Of a DNA stretch of 64,000 nt, positions 58,145 through 64,000 are shown one piece after another (within the stretch, counting starts at the first letter, position 1; each line of letters opens with the position of its first letter). Source of the stretch: an uncultured Nitrososphaerales archaeon (GTDB taxonomy: Archaea; Thermoproteota; Nitrososphaeria; Nitrososphaerales; Nitrososphaeraceae); contig CAVQMO010000012.1 of assembly GCA_963713605.1 (NCBI GenBank), positions 192,001 through 256,000 of the forward strand. The letters are read 5' to 3'. The notes below the pieces were generated by a model that ran no database searches, was not told where the DNA came from, and worked only from the letters and a program-made list of their open reading frames with translations. The position numbers and the translations under genes are program-made.

Positions 58145-58512
58145 TTATTAATAATAAATAATCAAATCGTTACGTTATAAAGATTCATCTTTCATGTACT
58201 TATCGTTCCTAAATATTATGTTGAAAGGATCGTTTATTTGGATTATAGATTGGTTATAGATTGATCAATTTACCATGAAGTTTTGTTATTACAGAGTCCT
58301 ACTCTGAGATACTCAGCAACACTTAACCTTAAGTGTGGATTACGTCAATAATAAGCTATGAAAGTTTATCTAGCTCTGCTCTCGAACATAACAAATTTCT
58401 CTATAGCTGGCATATTGCTCTTGTTTCATCTAGGAAATTTTAGCCAATGACAAGCAAAATTTATCGGTACTTGATTGATATTGGATACTAATAGGAGAAG
58501 AAAGTTAAAGTA

Positions 58513-59289
58513 ATGCATATATGTTACATCTGTGGTCAAGCAGAGGCTATTCCGTTCAAATGTAATTACTGCCAAGAATCATTTTGCAATGTTCATAGAA
58601 ATCCGATTAACCATTTTTGTCCGTTCTTAGATACTTATGATAAGAAAAGGAAGAACATGCTAATTGATAATGATTCCCCAAAATATGGCCTTCGATCATC
58701 CTCCTCTTTTTTCAAAACTTTATCAAGAGTTTTAACTATAAAAACTTCTAGAACTGAATTATTTCATCTTTCGTTAGCAACAATTTTAGTTACTGCAGTA
58801 GGCCTTTCTTTGAGCGGTTATCGATATATCTCTTGGCAGTTTCTGGCTATATTCGTCTGTGCTTTTCTAGTGCATGAACTTGCTCACAAGTTTCTAGCCC
58901 AGTACTATGGTAGTTGGGCAGAATTTAGAGCTCAAACTTGGGGATTAATCATAACAGCAATATCCGCGCTTCCATTTATGCCATTCAAATTCATTGCTCC
59001 CGGCGCTGTCATGGTTGGATTATCGGACAGAAAAAAATTTGGCAGAGTAGCCTTAATTGGTCCTGTGACTAATTTGGTGATGGGTTTTTCGTTTCTACTA
59101 TTCTCCATGTTTTACGACCCATTCAATCCACTTTTTGCTATTGGAGCATCATTTAATGGCTGGATCGCAATGTTTAATCTGATGCCGTTTGGTGTATTGG
59201 ATGGACAAAAAATCTTTGATTGGAACAAATTAGTATGGATAATTGCAATGGCAGCTGCTATGGGATTATTCATAATTGCGTATATTTGA
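58513..59289 (+). CDS. AN1-type Zn finger fused to an M50 (site-2) membrane metalloprotease
   Basis: CYIC..PFKCNYC..FC..HR.P.NH.C; HELAH; GPVTN; FNLMPFGVLDG. Confidence 0.92.
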   Translation: MHICYICGQAEAIPFKCNYCQESFCNVHRNPINHFCPFLDTYDKKRKNMLIDNDSPKYGLRSSSSFFKTLSRVLTIKTSRTELFHLSLATILVTAVGLSLSGYRYISWQFLAIFVCAFLVHELAHKFLAQYYGSWAEFRAQTWGLIITAISALPFMPFKFIAPGAVMVGLSDRKKFGRVALIGPVTNLVMGFSFLLFSMFYDPFNPLFAIGASFNGWIAMFNLMPFGVLDGQKIFDWNKLVWIIAMAAAMGLFIIAYI

Positions 59290-59517
59290 TACTTTTTAAT
59301 CATAATCTTGTGTTTCAAAAGAATCTTTATTCGTTCCTGTAATAGCAATTACATATCTTAATATATCTATTCAATTGTTTTGGTACAGAGAACTATCTAA
59401 TCTGAGGTAGTTTGTATATACCAACCCAAAAGTAAGAATGGGTTAACTAATAATCATATAAAACAGGATAGGGTTAATAATGATGGTCTGAACATATCTG
59501 AAATATCTGAATGTATA

Positions 59518-60204
59518 TTGCTATTAGTTTTTGCATTCATATCGATATTTGCATTCTGGTCTCCAAGTATACTAAATTATGATTCCAATTCCACTTCCAC
59601 TCCCATTGACGATTTTATGATCTTTGGGAAATCCTTGGACAACATACCACTTAATCTTCCGGAGGTCGAAATTACATCTCCTAAAAATGGGGATTCTGTG
59701 TATCTTTCTTCAGAATTAACAATAAAAGGTACGTCATCTGATACGGATAACACTAATTGCACAATTCTTACATCTATAAATAATATTCAACCATTCCAAA
59801 ATGCTTCTGGAATTGGTCCACAAGGAGAACAAGACTTTTCTAATTGGAATTCTACTTTATTTAATGCGACTAATTTGCTAAGGCTCGGAAAAAATACGAT
59901 TATTTCATTTATTGTTTGTTTGGATACTAATAGTAATACACCTGCATCATCCTCTCACTTAATAAATCTTACAGGACTGCCTAGTGACGATAATCAATCT
60001 ATTATGTCATCAGTTTCTAGTGTGATACATGATGGCTTAGAGAACAAAATAGTCGAACAACATAAAAGTTCTAATCAATTAACAACAAACCTCCAAAATA
60101 ATCTACACACAAGACCGATACATCATAACAATGATCAAAGCCAAAGTCAGAGCCAGAGCACACTGTCTCCTAATAGCGGCCAGAGCACAATTGGAAATCC
60201 TTGA
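59518..60204 (+). CDS. Exported Ig-like domain protein
   Basis: PEVEITSPKNG...LTIKGTSSD...C...DFSNW...GKNTI...C. Confidence 0.7.
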   Translation: MLLVFAFISIFAFWSPSILNYDSNSTSTPIDDFMIFGKSLDNIPLNLPEVEITSPKNGDSVYLSSELTIKGTSSDTDNTNCTILTSINNIQPFQNASGIGPQGEQDFSNWNSTLFNATNLLRLGKNTIISFIVCLDTNSNTPASSSHLINLTGLPSDDNQSIMSSVSSVIHDGLENKIVEQHKSSNQLTTNLQNNLHTRPIHHNNDQSQSQSQSTLSPNSGQSTIGNP

Positions 60205-60486
60205 TCATATTGCATAGCTTATAAAGAATAAACACAAGTACTAATTTAGTGAATGAGATTAGGGATAAATATCTTTGAATATTATAATAATATCCTTATT
60301 ATTTTAAATGGATCTCAATTTATCATAATGCATCTCATAGTATTCAATTTAATCAATGCATTTCGATTTCAAATAACTGCACGTGATACAAACAAACAAT
60401 CTTTTTTTATAATTTCAGTCAATCAGTGTCATTCTTTTCATGAAACTCGCAGCAGGTTTTGTGGAGGTTATACTGTTATCTGAAAT

Positions 60487-60712
60487 AACATTGGCGCCTA
60501 TCTGCTTCATTGTATATGCTGTAGATTAAATAGGACCATCTATTACAGCATTAGCTGCATTTCTAGTTGTAACTGTAACCTTGTAGTTAGCACTGGGATT
60601 CAGTGGATTATTGATGTTCACAAATTCTAATCTTATCTTTGTACCTGCAGGAACATTTACAACACTGGTTACTGTGTAGGTTATTGTCTGTCCAGATTTA
60701 CTTGCAGTACCC
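60487..60712 (-). pseudogene. Internal fragment paralogous to 23407-23632
   Basis: GTASKSGQTITYTVTSVVNVPAGTKIRLEFVNINNPLNPSANYKVTVTTRNA, with an internal TAA. Confidence 0.85.
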
Positions 60713-60725
60713 TGGGGGAAAAATC

Positions 60726-60987
60726 AGATAGAGAAGGACAGCCTACGTACAAGAATTTAGGAAGGGTGTAGGCGCCCTTCTCCCTTGCTAACTGACTGCT
60801 TGGATATAATAATTCTTGATTAACTTCGTTAAGTGACATAGGTAATCAAATTTGATATTCCTTTGAAATAGAAGAAAGCGTAGATAAAGACACCTATAGG
60901 TTGTTAAACAAGGTATAGGTCCCTTCTCCTTGGCTTATTATGTTCATGATATATTTAACGTGAAGATAGGGGAGGGACAACCTATGC
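60726..60987. repeat. Three degenerate copies of a hairpin-forming element
   Basis: agata..gaca(g)ccta at 60726, 60882 and 60964; complementary taggNNcccttctcc arms at about 60769 and 60916. Confidence 0.55.
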
Positions 60988-61347
60988 TGAGTTATTACAT
61001 GACCGTTCACATGCTCTCTTTTTTCTTAGCGGTATCTTGTTTACCGTAGTGATAGTAGTAATACCATATAAAAGTATCATAATATTCACATACGCTCCTA
61101 TTCCCTATTACTTTGAAATACTAGTCGCTGGTTAGCAGGTACCGGGTTGTTCCTCATTTTTTCAGGTGCATTATATACGATTGCTGCGACGACTCCTTTT
61201 GGTTATGGACTAAAATATATAAAGACTGCAGTCGATTTTACATGGGCTGGTTTTGTAGGACTTGTTATGGTTCTACCATTGTTGTTAATTCCTTTTTCTT
61301 ACTTAGGAGCAATAATCATTTTTTGATTGTAGACGAATCGTAACTTT

Positions 61348-61485
61348 GCATCAAATAGTGTAGATACTGATAATTCAGTCCATGTTGATAATGCCTTAGA
61401 TCAGAGCAATACTCAAGGTAACAACCATACAATAGACGACTCCAGAGTAGCTAACGAAGCTCGCAATGACATTAGTCTCGAGTAA
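61348..61485 (+). pseudogene. Remnant of the N/Q repeat family seen at 21640-22287
   Basis: ASNSVD...DNALDQSNTQGNNHTIDDSRVANEARNDISLE*. Confidence 0.65.
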
Positions 61486-61808
61486 TTGCAGTCGGCGACG
61501 AAGTACATCAGAACAATGGCCAGAGCGATGACAAAACGGAGGAGGTCTATCTATAAAAGCATTAAAGTTGACACGTCCAGAGTATGCCGATCTGGCTAGC
61601 TTTATCAAAGAAGCGGTCATCTGCCAAATATGATGTCATTATAAAAGCCAAAGTAACAACAACTGGAACTCTTGTGCTTAATGTTTTAGCAAGGTGACAG
61701 ATCGGATATCCCATGAAGTATTAATATTCCGCAAATTGATGAATATTTTTCACGGGTAGAGCTAGCTACTGATCTATATCGTATATATATCTGATATTAC
61801 ACGAAGAC

Positions 61809-62261
61809 ATGATGAAAAACCATTATTCTGCAGGAATTGTTGCCATATTAATTTTGGCAGCAATCAGTATAGCAATTATAACTACTTTGATAGAACAAGA
61901 AGTAAAAGCTCCAACCGGTCCTAGGCGAGCGCCCCCTCTTGTCATAGACGATAATGTCTATGTAGCATGGTGGAGTAATAATACATCGAATCACAATAAT
62001 GAGGTTTTGTTTAGGGTGTCTACCGATGGCGGTGCAAGTTTCTCAGATAAGATTAATCTCAGTAACACAAATGCTTCAGAATCAGAGAGGGTAGAATTAG
62101 ACTCGAATGGAGAAAGCATAGTAGTGACGTGGTGGGAAACAAATCAGACGGATGAAATACCAGTCATGAGAATTAGTAATGACAATGGAGAAACATTTGG
62201 ACCTATATTGAGATTAGCAACTAATGGAACTATTGGAGAAGCAACAGAGGAGGAGGAATAG
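61809..62261 (+). CDS. Asp-box/BNR short secreted protein (intact copy)
   Basis: Signal peptide; VSTDGGASFS and ISNDNGETFG Asp-boxes. Confidence 0.85.
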   Translation: MMKNHYSAGIVAILILAAISIAIITTLIEQEVKAPTGPRRAPPLVIDDNVYVAWWSNNTSNHNNEVLFRVSTDGGASFSDKINLSNTNASESERVELDSNGESIVVTWWETNQTDEIPVMRISNDNGETFGPILRLATNGTIGEATEEEE

Positions 62262-62824
62262 GATGGATGTCATGATTGTTTGATACTTTCAGGCTATCCT
62301 TACGGTTTTGGCATTGACATAAAGAAATCAATCATAGACTAAAGTTCCCTATAAGCTTGAAATAGCTTGTCATATGGTTGAGGCTAGTAATGAATGTCTC
62401 CTTCTTCTTCTCTTGACTTTGGTGGTCGTTAATCGATCCTATTTGCGATGCGATTGGCTGTGAGGAAGAAGGGATATTCGAGAAGGAGATCACAGTCAGA
62501 GATATGTTAAATCAACCGTTTACATTCACCGCTTTTTTTTGTGAAAAACACAGTAATGACGATGCTCGTACCATCTGGCATGATAAAGGACTGGTTATGG
62601 ACAAATAATCGAGCTGTGCTGAATTATTGGGGGCTCAACTTACAACCGCATTCGAAGGGCTCAACGGATTTCACCCACCTAGTAAGTCACAGTATGTCTA
62701 CTACTACTGTCCGTTTTCTTCCATAACCAGTGTGTTAGTGAATATGACCCGAAGTAGTGTAGATGCATGGAACAGATAGACAACTTTATGTCCTATTGTC
62801 TCTATATATACAGGTATATGGAGA

Positions 62825-63260
62825 ATGTCTGGTACAATTCTTTCTCAGAATGAAATAGAGTATATCAAGTCTCAGCGTATTGCAAGAATTGCTACAGTCT
62901 CAATGTCGTTAGAAAACAAGTCTATGCAACCAGATGTCGTGCCAGTTGGCTTTGATTATGATGGTAAGTATTTTTATGTCAGTGGAATAAATATTCTCAA
63001 ATCTACAAAATACAAGAATATTCTGAAAAATAAAAAGGTCGCAGTTGTGATTGATGATTTGAAAACTGTTGATCCATGGGATCCACGGGGGATAAGGATC
63101 TATGGTGAAGCTGATGTTGTTACTCGACAAGGTGGGTATATGGACCAAACCGGTCATTCAGAACATCAGGTACATTAGAATTCGTCCTAACAAGAAATGG
63201 AGTTGGGGAATTGATGAACCAGTCTTTGCAGGAGGAAAATTTAATGTTAAAAAAGTATAA
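62825..63260 (+). CDS. PPOX-class F420-dependent oxidoreductase, frameshifted near 63170
   Basis: ARIATV...QPDVVPVGF, KYKNI and DDL...PWDPRGIRIYG; YIRIRPNKKWSWGI in another frame. Confidence 0.88.
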
Positions 63261-64000
63261 GCTGGAATAGAGTGACAACGAATCGACTCTAAATATAGCA
63301 ATAAGTCCAGAATTAGTAACCATACAATCCTTTTGAGTGCACTATGATTTTCAACGTTGGGGGCTTTTGAAGCTCACGCGATTACTGAAATATTTGATGA
63401 ATACGGAGCAGATTTGCCATACTCTTTGCGTAGCTGCGCATACCTTCTTTAGCAAGTAGTAGTAGTATCAACAATGATAATAACATCAATAATACCAAGA
63501 GTAAAATTGAGCATACTACCGAAAGAATGCCTAGTAATAACATTTCAAATATATTCATCTCAGGTTAGCTTTTTGATAAAGATCGTTTCAAATGTTGAAA
63601 TTGACTTCATGTCCTATTATAAGAGGTGTTACCTTATTAGACGAGTAACTATTCTGATTTGACAACAACCGGTATATCATCTCGATCGAAAATCATGAAT
63701 TGTTTCTTGAGATCCCAGTATAGAACAAGTAAGCAAGGACCTTACTTTATGCTAGCGTATTCCTTGCATACCACAAATTGCTTTTGGTTTGCTCCATCAG
63801 GACTTTCCAATCTTGCACCACAGCGAGGACATTGCATCATAATCAAGCTGTACTAATTATAGCTTATTAATGTCTTTAGCTAACTCTAACTATGTAAACG
63901 GAGATGCTAGTGGTTGCGGTTATCTAATTTTAAAGAAAAGATTAGGATAAGTAACTTAACCACTAAACAAACACCAGAGTTCTACTTTTTTTGACTTTAT

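Noticed and set aside
63320..63842. Minus-strand MMQCPRCG... possible Zn-ribbon gene
   Set aside because: Multiple stops follow quickly; too degenerate to assign.
1..64000. Transposases, integrases, reverse transcriptases, cas or other defence genes
   Set aside because: No ORF shows recognisable catalytic motifs for these. Distant homologs cannot be excluded without HMM searches.

Overview
AT-rich archaeal DNA from an ammonia-oxidizing archaeon, most likely soil-type Nitrososphaeraceae (Nitrososphaerota/Thaumarchaeota). The assignment rests on a stand-alone archaeal amoC (56551-57114) and gene families typical of the lineage. This is an accessory region with no rRNA, tRNA, CRISPR array or recognisable transposase. 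It holds many secreted low-complexity or repeat proteins, two-component signalling parts, small Zn-finger proteins, F420/flavin enzymes, methyltransferases, two MFS transporters (one paired with a ChrB-domain gene), a Rieske-helical fusion, a divergent hsp20/Phr-type heat-shock pair and an AN1-M50 protease. Many genes are split by single-base frameshifts, often in homopolymers, so they may be pseudogenes or assembly indels. Best leads: (i) a curli-like N/Q beta-repeat protein with a second remnant copy; (ii) two tandem surface-protein genes sharing a 45-bp upstream element at the same offset; (iii) a paralogous pair of unannotated Cys4/WW microproteins; (iv) a triplicated hairpin element at a gene-truncation point; (v) (NMTGG)n sequon peptides; (vi) a palindromic candidate heat-shock operator. 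All family calls come from reading motifs by eye, not from database searches.
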